Shown piece after piece: positions 30,029 through 38,861 of a stretch of DNA of 64,000 nt. The notes beneath the pieces are model-generated. The model was given only the letters and a program-made list of their open reading frames with translations. It was not told where the DNA came from and did not search any database. The translations under genes and the position numbers were made by a program. The DNA is from Nibricoccus sp. (lineage in GTDB: Bacteria; Verrucomicrobiota; Verrucomicrobiia; Opitutales; Opitutaceae): NCBI GenBank assembly GCA_047602425.1, contig JASGHG010000001.1, positions 3,360,001-3,424,000 of the forward strand, in the 5' to 3' direction. Each line of letters opens with the position of its first letter. Position 1 is the stretch's first letter.

Positions 30029-30469
30029 TTAGGCTGGGTCGATTTTTTTGATGCGGGCGAGATGTCGGCCGCCTTCGAACTCGGTGGAGAGCCACGTCTT
30101 CACGATCTTGAGCGCTTCGGCTTCGGTCACCGTGCGTTCGCCGAGGGAAAGCACATTGCCGTCGTTATGAGAACGATTCCAGATGGCCACTTGCTCATTC
30201 CAGCAGAGGTCGCAACGCACGCCTTTGACGCGGTTGGCGACGATGGCTTCGCCGTTGCCGGAACCACCGAGGACGATACCGCGTTCAAATTCGCCACGGG
30301 CAACAGCTTCGGCTGTGGGCCGAATGAAATCGGGATAGTCGCATGCCGCGGCACTGTAGGTGCCGAAATCACGGACCGTATGGCCCTCGGCAAGAAGCAT
30401 GGTTTTGATGCTTTCTTTATATTTAAAACCGGCGTGATCGGACCCAATGGCGATGGTGAATGTCTTCAT
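30029..30469 (-). CDS. rpiB: Ribose 5-phosphate isomerase B
   Basis: IAIGSDHAG, DYPD, GGSGNGE..VANRVKGVR, SHND.NVL and FEGGRH motifs. Confidence 0.95.
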   Translation of the reverse strand: MKTFTIAIGSDHAGFKYKESIKTMLLAEGHTVRDFGTYSAAACDYPDFIRPTAEAVARGEFERGIVLGGSGNGEAIVANRVKGVRCDLCWNEQVAIWNRSHNDGNVLSLGERTVTEAEALKIVKTWLSTEFEGGRHLARIKKIDPA

Positions 30470-30554
30470 GAAGTGAACTCGTAAAATGTCGGGTTGTCGG
30501 TATGTTAGGGTCAACCCCCAGTCAGCAAACAAAATCAGCTTCCTCCCCACGCTT

Positions 30555-30983
30555 ATGAAATCCCAAGTCCTGTGCTTCGCCGCAGCTTTAGCTGCGTTAA
30601 CTTTTGTTTTTGTCGGATGTTCCACTACGGATTCGCGCGTCAAAGACAACCAGGCCGCCTTCAACGCAGCCCCGCCGGATGTGCAGGCCAAGATTCGCGA
30701 GGGCAAAGTCGCCGTGGGCTTTACTGAGGTGCAAGTGTTGATGGCGCTCGGCAAACCCGATCGGCGTTACACTCGCACGACGGCGGCGGGCACGACCGAC
30801 GTTTGGGCTTATGAGGATCACAAACCCTCTTTTAGTTTCGGCGTCGGCATGGCGAGCGGCGGTGGCGGCACGATGGTGGGCAGTGGCGTAGCCGTAGGCA
30901 CGGGCGATCGCAGCGGGGATAAACTCCGGGTGATTATGACCGGCGGGGTTGTTACGGCCTTGGAATCGCGCGGACGTCCCTGA
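30555..30983 (+). CDS. Lipoprotein, SmpA/OmlA(BamE)-like
   Basis: Lipobox FVGC; VGFT..QV.MALGKPD...WAY pattern. Confidence 0.8.
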   Translation: MKSQVLCFAAALAALTFVFVGCSTTDSRVKDNQAAFNAAPPDVQAKIREGKVAVGFTEVQVLMALGKPDRRYTRTTAAGTTDVWAYEDHKPSFSFGVGMASGGGGTMVGSGVAVGTGDRSGDKLRVIMTGGVVTALESRGRP

Positions 30984-30999
30984 TTTGGATAAAAACCGA

Positions 31000-31677
31000 T
31001 CAATTCAACAACGACAAAAACCCCGGCCCATCGGAAAGATCGTGCAACGCGGCCGTTGGCCCATGCGAACGAAGCTGTTCCAGCGAGTAACGTCCGGTCG
31101 CCACTGCGATGGTGCGCGCGCCAACGGCTTTTCCGCACGCGATGTCGTGCGGTGTGTCGCCGATGACGAACACTTGGTCAGGGGTAAATTGCCGGCCGTG
31201 ATAGCTGGAGGCGCGGCGCAGCGCGTGAGGCCCGAGGTCGTTGCGATCCTCGGCGTCGTCGGCGAAAGCGCCGAAGGGAAAAGACGACCAGAGTTGAAGA
31301 TGGCTGAGTTTGATTTGCGCGCCGGATTGCAGGTTGCCTGTGAGCAGGCCTTGCGCGATGTCCGGCTGACTCGCGACATGGCGGACAATTTCGGCGACAC
31401 CGGGCAGCACGCGGGCTCGCGGATTGTGCATTTCCTGAGAGAGTCCCTTCAAATATCCGTCGAGGAAGCGCCGAATTTCCCCCGCCGAAGCGCGGCCAAA
31501 ATGATGTTCCAGAATGGTGCGGGCAATCCAGAGGTCCGTGCGTCCAAAATATTCGAGCCACGCGAAATCGTCCTCGATGCCGAATTCATGTTTCAGCGAA
31601 AAACGGAGGCCGCGTTCTCCGGCGCCGCCGGAATCGATCAGCGTGCAGTCAATATCCCAGAGCAGAAGTGTCTTCAC
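31000..31677 (-). CDS. HAD-family hydrolase
   Basis: LLWDIDCTL, LLTGN and VIGDTPHDIACG motifs; GTG start inferred. Confidence 0.88.
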   Translation of the reverse strand: MKTLLLWDIDCTLIDSGGAGERGLRFSLKHEFGIEDDFAWLEYFGRTDLWIARTILEHHFGRASAGEIRRFLDGYLKGLSQEMHNPRARVLPGVAEIVRHVASQPDIAQGLLTGNLQSGAQIKLSHLQLWSSFPFGAFADDAEDRNDLGPHALRRASSYHGRQFTPDQVFVIGDTPHDIACGKAVGARTIAVATGRYSLEQLRSHGPTAALHDLSDGPGFLSLLN

Positions 31678-31747
31678 ATTAAAAACTTCATTCTCGCGGC
31701 CAGCCTCACCGGTTGCGAGCCCAAGCTTTCCTGAATAATTTATCGCC

Positions 31748-32170
31748 ATGAAAACGTTCATTAGTTTCGTCGCCTGTCTCACTCTCGCCTTTCTGGCCGG
31801 TTGCTCCACGCCGGAAGCGCGGATCAATCAAAACCCAGAGGCTTTTGCCAAGCTTAGTCCTGGCGACCAGCAACTCATTCGCGAGGGCAAGGTCGCGGTT
31901 GGTTTTACTCAGGAGATGGTCAAGCTCGCACTCGGCGATCCAGATAAAATCTACACGCGCACCGATGCCAACGGAGTGAACGAAGCGTGGAGTTATACGA
32001 CCTACGAGACGGATGCCGGCGTGATTTTATATCGCGGTTACTACCACCGTTATTGGTGCGATCCGTTTTATTATCCCTATTACGCTAGTTATGGTAACCG
32101 CCGGGATCGCGAATACCTGAAGGTGGTCTTCACCGAAGGCCGCGTTTCGTTGATCGAAAAACAAACCTGA
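31748..32170 (+). CDS. Lipoprotein, paralog of 30555..30983
   Basis: Lipobox LAGC; shares IREGKVAVGFT..V..ALG.PD..YTRT with its paralog. Confidence 0.82.
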   Translation: MKTFISFVACLTLAFLAGCSTPEARINQNPEAFAKLSPGDQQLIREGKVAVGFTQEMVKLALGDPDKIYTRTDANGVNEAWSYTTYETDAGVILYRGYYHRYWCDPFYYPYYASYGNRRDREYLKVVFTEGRVSLIEKQT

Positions 32171-32376
32171 TGCCGCCCGTCCGGTCTCCTTTCAGAGAGC
32201 TTGATTGCAAGGTTTGCAGTTGACGCCAACGCGAGTCGTCCCAAAGGGCCGTGCCCCGTCCGCAATTCAATGGCTTAGGCTTTGAAAATGGTTCGGTCGG
32301 AGGCACGGCATGCCGGAAAAAGTTAAAACATCGACCGGCCCATCTATCAGTTAGATGGTTTTAAGTTTAAAGGCAC

Positions 32377-32408
32377 AAAAAAGGCTGCGACGTGGATCGC
32401 AGCCTTTT
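32377..32408. terminator. Intrinsic terminator, probably bidirectional
   Basis: AAAAAAGGCTGCGA-cgtgga-TCGCAGCCTTTT between convergent genes. Confidence 0.85.
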
Positions 32409-32428
32409 GAATTTTAAATCGAAGCGTC

Positions 32429-35206
32429 TTATTCGGCGCTGATCTTGAACGGAATCGTCACGCGGGAACGTGCGGGCTTGCCGCGAACGGCGCCGGGTTT
32501 GAAGCGCCACTTGGTCGCAGCAGCCAGGCAGGCTTTGCCGAAGGCAGGGCTCGAAGCCTGTTCGACTTTGAGGTCGGTCGGGATGCCGTCCTTGCCAACC
32601 ACGAGCGAGATGAGCGCTGAGCCGCCTTCGGCGCGCTGACTCGTCGAGAGATCGGGATCAGCTTGTGCGATCGGAGTCGGACGCTCGTCGAGTTCGCTCA
32701 ACTTCATCACGCGATCCGAATCCTGCATGAGGCCGTTGAGCGTAAGGGTCTTTCCGCTCTCAACTTTACCAGTTAGCGTAACTGGGTCGCAGCCGCGGTA
32801 GGTGAGGGTAAAGCTCACGTTGCCGGGCGGGATGCCGTTGATCGTATGAGGCGTGGTGCCGATTTTGACTTGGTTGTCGCGGAGAATTTCAGCGCCTTGC
32901 GGGTTGCTGTTGATGACGACCGTGCCACCGGAGAACTCGCCATTCACGCGGCTCGAACCGTTGCGTTCGACCGTGACGGTTGTGGTGTAGGCTGGCCAAT
33001 TTGGACGGCTGATTGTCACCTGATAGGATCCGACGGGCAGACCGGTGAGGGACGCAGGTGTCTGACCTGTACGCACGTCACTCGGATTGAAGAACAGCGT
33101 GCCGGCAGGTTTAACCTCGTAAGCGAGGTTGCTCGGATCGCTGCTCAGTTCGATGGCACCCACCTGACGTTTCAGGACAACGGTGCCGAGATCGGTCGTT
33201 TCCTTGTCTTTGATCTCGAAGGTACGGGTTTCGCTATCGTAACCCGGCATCGAAATGGTCGCGGTGTAGGGCCCGAGGCGCATGTCCTTGATGGTAAGGG
33301 GCGCGGTCTTGGTGCCGTAAATATCCACATTAACGGAGGCGCCAGCGGGGTCGGTGGCAACCACGAGAATACCGCGGCCGTAAATGAACTTGTTGCGCTC
33401 CTCGTCCTGACGTTTGCGCAATTCCTCAAGTTCACGCGCACGTTTGATCTCGGCTTCTTTTTCAGCCAGTTCGCGTGCTTTGCGTTCTTCGTCAGCCTTG
33501 CGTTGTTGTTCGGCGAGCTCGCGTTCCTTGGCCTTGATTTTGGCCTCGGTTTCAACGCGGATGCGCTCACGCTCCTTGGCTTCGGCCTCGGCCTTGCTCT
33601 TGCCGCTGATCATGAAGAACGCAGCGACGCCGATGACGGCGGCCACGCCGATCACGATCGGAATCAGCATATTGCTCTTCTTGGGCGGGAAAGGGGCCGC
33701 GGTGGCGGGCTTGGAGCCGCCGCTGACGACCGGAGCCGGGGAGGGTTTGGCGGCAGGAGCTGGTTTGGCCGGCTCGGGCTTCGGAGAGGGCTTCGCTGCG
33801 GGGGCCGGCGCAGCGGGCTTGGCTGCGGCGGCGGGTTTGGCGGGCTCAGCTGGTTTGGCTTGGGCGGGCGGGGTGCCAGCCGGTTTGGCCGGCGGCGTGG
33901 CGGGCTTGGCCGGCTCCGCCGGTTTGGCGGGCGGAGTAATGACAACCGCGGGTTTCGCCGGCGCAGGGGGCGTGGCGGGCTTGGCGGGGGGCGTTGCGGC
34001 CTTGGGCGGGTCTTGAATGATGGCCGGGATCACCGCGGGCTTGGCGGGTTCGGCTGGTTTTGCGGGGGCGGCGGGCTTGGCCGGCTCCGGAAGGATGGCC
34101 GGGATCACCGCGGGAGGCGGCGTCGCGGGTTTGGCCGGGGTCGGCTCGATCAAGATCGCCGGGATGATCGGAGCTGCGGCGACCGGAGTATTGGTAAGAA
34201 TGGGATTCCACGGGCGGACACCGCCCGGTTGGGCGAATTCGTGGGTGGCAACAGCATTGAGCACACCGAGCCACGAGGGAGAAATGTCAGCCGCGCTGAG
34301 GCCCGCGCCGAACGCGAGGCCGCGACCGCTGGCCCATGCGGAGATATCAGGCGCGAATGGCGCGAGGCCGGTGCTTTTCGCGAGAGCTTGATTGATCCAG
34401 GCCTGGCGGGCGAGAAGGCCGGCGCAAACAAACTGGGCGGGATTGCCAAGGCCGGGGAGCGCGCCTTTGATGGCGGTGGCAAGTGGTTCGACGATGGCGG
34501 TGGAGGTTTCGCTGAAATCGTACGAATCGTTAAACATCAGACGGCCGGCGGAGCCCTTGAACTTCAGGCCGAGGGCGGTCTGGGTGGAACCAGCGAGTGT
34601 ATCCAAGCCGACCGGTACGGTGGCCAGTGCGGTCACGCCCTGGCTCGATATCGCGATCAGGGTCGAATTGTTTTCCGAAACCTCGACGAGGAGGACGGTG
34701 TTCGTTTTCGCCGCGGTGGAGATGGCGCCTGCCAGGGTGAGCGGTGCGGATTGGCAGCGAACGAGTTCAAAGGTCCAACCGCGGAGCTTGCCGAGGGATT
34801 CTTCCGTGTTGGTGGAAGGCGAGGCGTCGAGCGCCCAGCGTGCACCGCCTTGGGGAACGAGTCCAGTGCCGGCGCCGAACCAAGCCCAATTGGCGGGCAT
34901 GTTTTCCGCGCCCAGTGTGGTCCGGAGAAAGTTTTCGACCGCGTCGGGAGTGGCGACGCTCTTGCCTTGGGCGGCATCGGCCAGAAGGGTGCTGCGAGCT
35001 TTAAGGCGGAGCAGGGCGGTGGCTTTGGACCCGCCGCCGGCAGGGCGCAGCTCGTTGATCACGGCATCGGTTGCCGCCGAATCGCCAAGCCATACTTCCT
35101 TGATGGCCTCGATGGTGCGGGGCTTGGGGCCAAGAGTGGCTCGGGCAATTACCAAATTATATTCACCCAGTTCGACGAAGAATCCGATAGAGTCTGAAGC
35201 GCTCAT
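32429..35206 (-). CDS. Multidomain membrane protein: PilM/actin-like domain, Pro-Ala-Lys linker, TM, coiled coil, 3xPEGA, TonB C-terminal domain
   Basis: TonB_C (LVVGKDG...AATKWRFKPG...GKP..SRVTIPF); three PEGA-type repeats (G.L.V.TDPAGA, IELSSDP, VINSNPQGA...G.TP); single TM at aa 513-533; N-terminal ~320 aa follows the PilM motif order. Confidence 0.85.
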   Translation of the reverse strand: MSASDSIGFFVELGEYNLVIARATLGPKPRTIEAIKEVWLGDSAATDAVINELRPAGGGSKATALLRLKARSTLLADAAQGKSVATPDAVENFLRTTLGAENMPANWAWFGAGTGLVPQGGARWALDASPSTNTEESLGKLRGWTFELVRCQSAPLTLAGAISTAAKTNTVLLVEVSENNSTLIAISSQGVTALATVPVGLDTLAGSTQTALGLKFKGSAGRLMFNDSYDFSETSTAIVEPLATAIKGALPGLGNPAQFVCAGLLARQAWINQALAKSTGLAPFAPDISAWASGRGLAFGAGLSAADISPSWLGVLNAVATHEFAQPGGVRPWNPILTNTPVAAAPIIPAILIEPTPAKPATPPPAVIPAILPEPAKPAAPAKPAEPAKPAVIPAIIQDPPKAATPPAKPATPPAPAKPAVVITPPAKPAEPAKPATPPAKPAGTPPAQAKPAEPAKPAAAAKPAAPAPAAKPSPKPEPAKPAPAAKPSPAPVVSGGSKPATAAPFPPKKSNMLIPIVIGVAAVIGVAAFFMISGKSKAEAEAKERERIRVETEAKIKAKERELAEQQRKADEERKARELAEKEAEIKRARELEELRKRQDEERNKFIYGRGILVVATDPAGASVNVDIYGTKTAPLTIKDMRLGPYTATISMPGYDSETRTFEIKDKETTDLGTVVLKRQVGAIELSSDPSNLAYEVKPAGTLFFNPSDVRTGQTPASLTGLPVGSYQVTISRPNWPAYTTTVTVERNGSSRVNGEFSGGTVVINSNPQGAEILRDNQVKIGTTPHTINGIPPGNVSFTLTYRGCDPVTLTGKVESGKTLTLNGLMQDSDRVMKLSELDERPTPIAQADPDLSTSQRAEGGSALISLVVGKDGIPTDLKVEQASSPAFGKACLAAATKWRFKPGAVRGKPARSRVTIPFKISAE

Positions 35207-35415
35207 TATGTTGAAGATACGTAGAAAGCTTTTTAGAAAAGAGGCCCGCCTGAGGCGTAATCTCTAAATAACTGCTGTAAAGGTAAAAGTCTTTGTGTCG
35301 TTGTTATTTTTTGAGTATAGGCTTGAAAGTCTGGTGAGGTAAAATCACCAGATTTACGAGAGATTGACGTTGTCTAGATTTCCCCTTCCGACAGAATGTA
35401 TTAACTGAAAGACCA

Positions 35416-38400
35416 GTGAGCGCCAAAATCCTGCTAGTTCAACACAGCGACATGCTTCGCCAAGCCAGATCTTTGATCTTTGGCGGGGCCTTTTTCCATG
35501 CATTGTCATTGCGAGAGGCATCACAGGTGAACGATTACTTGGCGCGTGAGACGGTGGACGTGATTTTGGCGGATTGTCGGGGGGCGGATGCAAATGGTTT
35601 GGATTTTGTTGAGGCATTACGCAAGGCTCAACCGCGTGCAAAAGTGATTCTTGTGGCCGATGGTTTGGATTTGCCCACGGTGGTTCGTGGCATCCGTCTG
35701 GGAGTTAAGGATGTGTTCCAACCACCGCTCGACATCGAGGCGATGACCAAGCGCATCACGGACTTTATCGCCAAAGGCGACGGCGCGGGCGAAGCGTTGC
35801 GCAACGCCGACTGGAGTTCACTCGAAGATTTCTTCCAAGGTGGCAGCGGCACTCCTGCCGCCGAGGTTGCAGCCAAGACTCCGCCGCCCAAAAAAGATCG
35901 CGCGAAACCGTCGTCTATTGAGAGCGACGCGGTGCGGGAAGAACTGGCCAAGGAACGCGCCACTCTTTCGACGGAACGCGCCCGCATTGCCGAGGAAGCC
36001 AAAAAGGTCGAGCAACGTGTTGCCGCGCTTGAAGCCGAGCGCGCCACCGTGGCGGCCAACATGGCCAAGCTCGCCGACATTCAAAAAGCCGAGGCAAAAC
36101 TCAAGCAGCGTGAAGACGCACTGGTTTCTGCTCAAGAACGTCTCCTGATGGATCAGGAGAAACTTGATGCCGAACAAGCGATGGTGAAACAAAATGCGGC
36201 GAAGAAAAAAGCCGACGACAGCGCCGCCGAAGCCGCCGAACGCAAGCGTTTGGAAGAGGAAAAAGAACGCCTTGCCGAGGAAAGCGCCGCTCTTGAGGCC
36301 GCCCGCAAGGAAATCGCCGGAGCCGAGAAAAAACTCGAAGAACTTCGCATCCTCCAAAAACAGCAGGACGCCGCGGCCAAGGCGCTCAAACAGGAGCGCG
36401 ACGCGCTCGCTGCCGAACAAGAGCAACTGGCCCAAGAACAGGCGAATCTGGCCGCAGCCCTCAAGGAGCTCGACCAAAAGCGCAAGGCTGGAGAAACCCG
36501 CCAAAAGGAAATTGAGAAGGAGCAGCAGCGTCTCTCTGACATGGAGGCCTCGCTCATGGCCGATCAGGCCGCGCAGAAGAAATCCGAGCAACGCATCGCC
36601 GCCGAACGCGCCGAACTTCAAACCCAACTAGATGCTGTAGCTAAACGCGAAGCCGGAATCCGCGAAAAAGAAAGCCAGGCCAAAGCCTCGGTCGACAAGG
36701 CCAAGGCCGATGCCGATGCTCTCGTGGCCAAGGTTCGCGCCGAAGTTGCCGCCGAACGCGCGGCGCTCGCCGATTCTGAAACCGCTGTGGTGGCCGAGCG
36801 GGCCAAGCTCAAGAAAGCCGAGCAGAAGCTCGCCGTCGAAAGCACCGAGGTTGAACAACAAGCCGCCCTGCTCGCCGACCGCGAAGCGGCCTTGGCTGCT
36901 CAAGAACAGCAGATCAAGGCCAAGATGAGCAAGGCCGAGTCCGAGGCCGCCGCCCTCGTGGCCAAAGCCAAGGCCGATGCCAACAAAGAGCAGGCCCGCC
37001 TCGCCGATGCCGAAGCGGCGATCGAAACCGAAAAGGTCGCTCTCAAACAGGCGCAGCAAAAACTTTCGACCGACCAAGATTCCTTTAAGAAAAACGCCGC
37101 CACCTTTGCCGAGCGCGAAACAGCTCTCGCCACTCGTGAAAAGACGCTTCGCGACGAACAGGCCAAGGCGAAGGTCGAATTTGAAGCGGCACAGGCAGAA
37201 GCCGCCGCCATTCTTAAGAAAGCCAAGGCCGACGCCGAACAGGAGCAGCGCAAAATCGCCGAAGGCGAAGCCGCCCTCGTCGCCGCCAAGGCCGCGCTCA
37301 AGAAATCCGAACAGCAGGTTGTCACCCAGCGCACTGAACTCGAGGAAATGGAAGCCTCGCTTTCGGAACGTGAAGTCCTGATCAAACAGCAAGAGACAAA
37401 AGCCAAGACCGCCGTCGACAAGGCACAGGCCGAGGCCGACGCACTGCTCAAGAAAGCCAAGGCCGACGCCGAAAAGGAACAGCTCAAGCTGGCTGAACTC
37501 GAGGAATCCATTCTCACCGAGAAAAACGCGCTCAAGCAAAACGAGCAGCGCCTCGCTGCGGAACAAGCCGCGCTCAAGAAAAAGGCCGACGAATTTGCCG
37601 CCCGCGAAACCGCGCTCCGCGAACAAGAGGCCAAGGCTAAAAGTGCGCTCGAAAAAGCGAACACCGAGGCATCTTCGATCATCGCCAAGGCGAAAGCCGA
37701 GGCCGACAAGGAGCAGCAGGCGCTCGCCGAGATGGAAGCGTCGCTCTCCGCCGAGAAGGAAACGCTCAAGAAAGCCGAACAGCATTACGCCAAGGAGCGC
37801 ATCGAAATTCAGACGCAGATGGATCAGCTCGGCGAACGCGAAGCCCTATTGATTGCCCGCGAGTCGAAACTCAAGCAGCAGGAGACGCAACTCGCCACGG
37901 CGCTCGACAAAGCCAAGGCCGAGGCCGACACCATTATCAAGAAAGCGAAAGCCGAAGCTGAAAAAGAACAGGCCAAGCTTGCAGAACTGGAAACGTCGAT
38001 CGCGACCGAGCGCGCCACGCTTAAGAAGAACGAACAGAAACTTCTCACGGAGCGCGCCGAGCTTGAAGAACATTTGGCCACGCTCGAAGTTGAGAAGAAG
38101 AAGCTCGCGACCGATCAGGCTGCGATGAAGAGGCTGGCCGACGAAGCTCGCGCCAAAGTCGAAGCCGAACTCAAAGCCGGCAAGGACGCTATTGCCAAGG
38201 AAAAGTCCGAGTTCGCCAAACAGCGTGTCATCGTCGAGGAAGAACTCGAAACAGCCCGCTTGTCGGTTTCGCAGACCGAGAAAAAACTCAAAGCCGATCA
38301 GGAAAAAATCGCCGCCACCGAGGCAAAGATCAAAGCCATGGAGGCCAAGGTCAAAGCCGAGCAGGAGGAAGTCGAACGCATTGGCGCGGAAGTCGAAGCC

Positions 38401-38691
38401 TCACAAGCCAAACTCAAGGCCGATCTCGCCAAGGTCGAAGCTGCCAACAAGAACTTTGCCAAGAAGGAAGCCGAACTCGCCGACATCGAGTCGAAGCTCC
38501 AACTCGAAGAAGGCCGCTTGAAAAAGGAAGCCGCGAAATTCGCCCAGGAACGCAGCCTGTGGGAAGCCGAAGTGGGTTCCTTCCAAGACGAGAAAAAGAA
38601 GTTCGTCGATGCCACGGCGCAGTTCGAAAAACGCCGCAAGCAGGTTCTCGAACAGGCCAAGGCCCTCTTGGAACGCGACGCCGCGGGTTGA
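35416..38691 (+). CDS. Atypical receiver domain plus ~900-aa coiled coil (AglZ/FrzS-like architecture)
   Basis: KILLVQH...VDVILAD...NGLDFVEALR...KVILVA...G...GVKDVFQPP receiver fold, then a continuous E/K/A/Q/L coiled coil; GTG start. Confidence 0.88.
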   Translation: MSAKILLVQHSDMLRQARSLIFGGAFFHALSLREASQVNDYLARETVDVILADCRGADANGLDFVEALRKAQPRAKVILVADGLDLPTVVRGIRLGVKDVFQPPLDIEAMTKRITDFIAKGDGAGEALRNADWSSLEDFFQGGSGTPAAEVAAKTPPPKKDRAKPSSIESDAVREELAKERATLSTERARIAEEAKKVEQRVAALEAERATVAANMAKLADIQKAEAKLKQREDALVSAQERLLMDQEKLDAEQAMVKQNAAKKKADDSAAEAAERKRLEEEKERLAEESAALEAARKEIAGAEKKLEELRILQKQQDAAAKALKQERDALAAEQEQLAQEQANLAAALKELDQKRKAGETRQKEIEKEQQRLSDMEASLMADQAAQKKSEQRIAAERAELQTQLDAVAKREAGIREKESQAKASVDKAKADADALVAKVRAEVAAERAALADSETAVVAERAKLKKAEQKLAVESTEVEQQAALLADREAALAAQEQQIKAKMSKAESEAAALVAKAKADANKEQARLADAEAAIETEKVALKQAQQKLSTDQDSFKKNAATFAERETALATREKTLRDEQAKAKVEFEAAQAEAAAILKKAKADAEQEQRKIAEGEAALVAAKAALKKSEQQVVTQRTELEEMEASLSEREVLIKQQETKAKTAVDKAQAEADALLKKAKADAEKEQLKLAELEESILTEKNALKQNEQRLAAEQAALKKKADEFAARETALREQEAKAKSALEKANTEASSIIAKAKAEADKEQQALAEMEASLSAEKETLKKAEQHYAKERIEIQTQMDQLGEREALLIARESKLKQQETQLATALDKAKAEADTIIKKAKAEAEKEQAKLAELETSIATERATLKKNEQKLLTERAELEEHLATLEVEKKKLATDQAAMKRLADEARAKVEAELKAGKDAIAKEKSEFAKQRVIVEEELETARLSVSQTEKKLKADQEKIAATEAKIKAMEAKVKAEQEEVERIGAEVEASQAKLKADLAKVEAANKNFAKKEAELADIESKLQLEEGRLKKEAAKFAQERSLWEAEVGSFQDEKKKFVDATAQFEKRRKQVLEQAKALLERDAAG

Positions 38692-38861
38692 GTTCTTCTT
38701 GGCGCACACAAGTGGTTTAGGCTGGCGCCGCTGCGCCGGCTCTAAAAGCGCATGTGGTCCAATGCGGTTCGGTTCGGTCGGTTGGGCGCAGGAAAAACAC
38801 ACGTGTCTGATTTTGCTCTCGCGCAAAATCCTCCGTGGGTGTTGAACGGAGATCCCCACAC

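Noticed and set aside
32846..35197. 783-aa plus-strand ORF, and similar long antisense ORFs (8540..10114, 22892..24310, 55353..57410, 2293..3336)
   Set aside because: Antisense shadows of well-supported genes, expected with high-GC codon bias; no recognisable motifs.
35416..38691. SMC, TolA or tape-measure assignment for the coiled-coil protein
   Set aside because: No Walker motifs or hinge, no TM anchor and no phage context.
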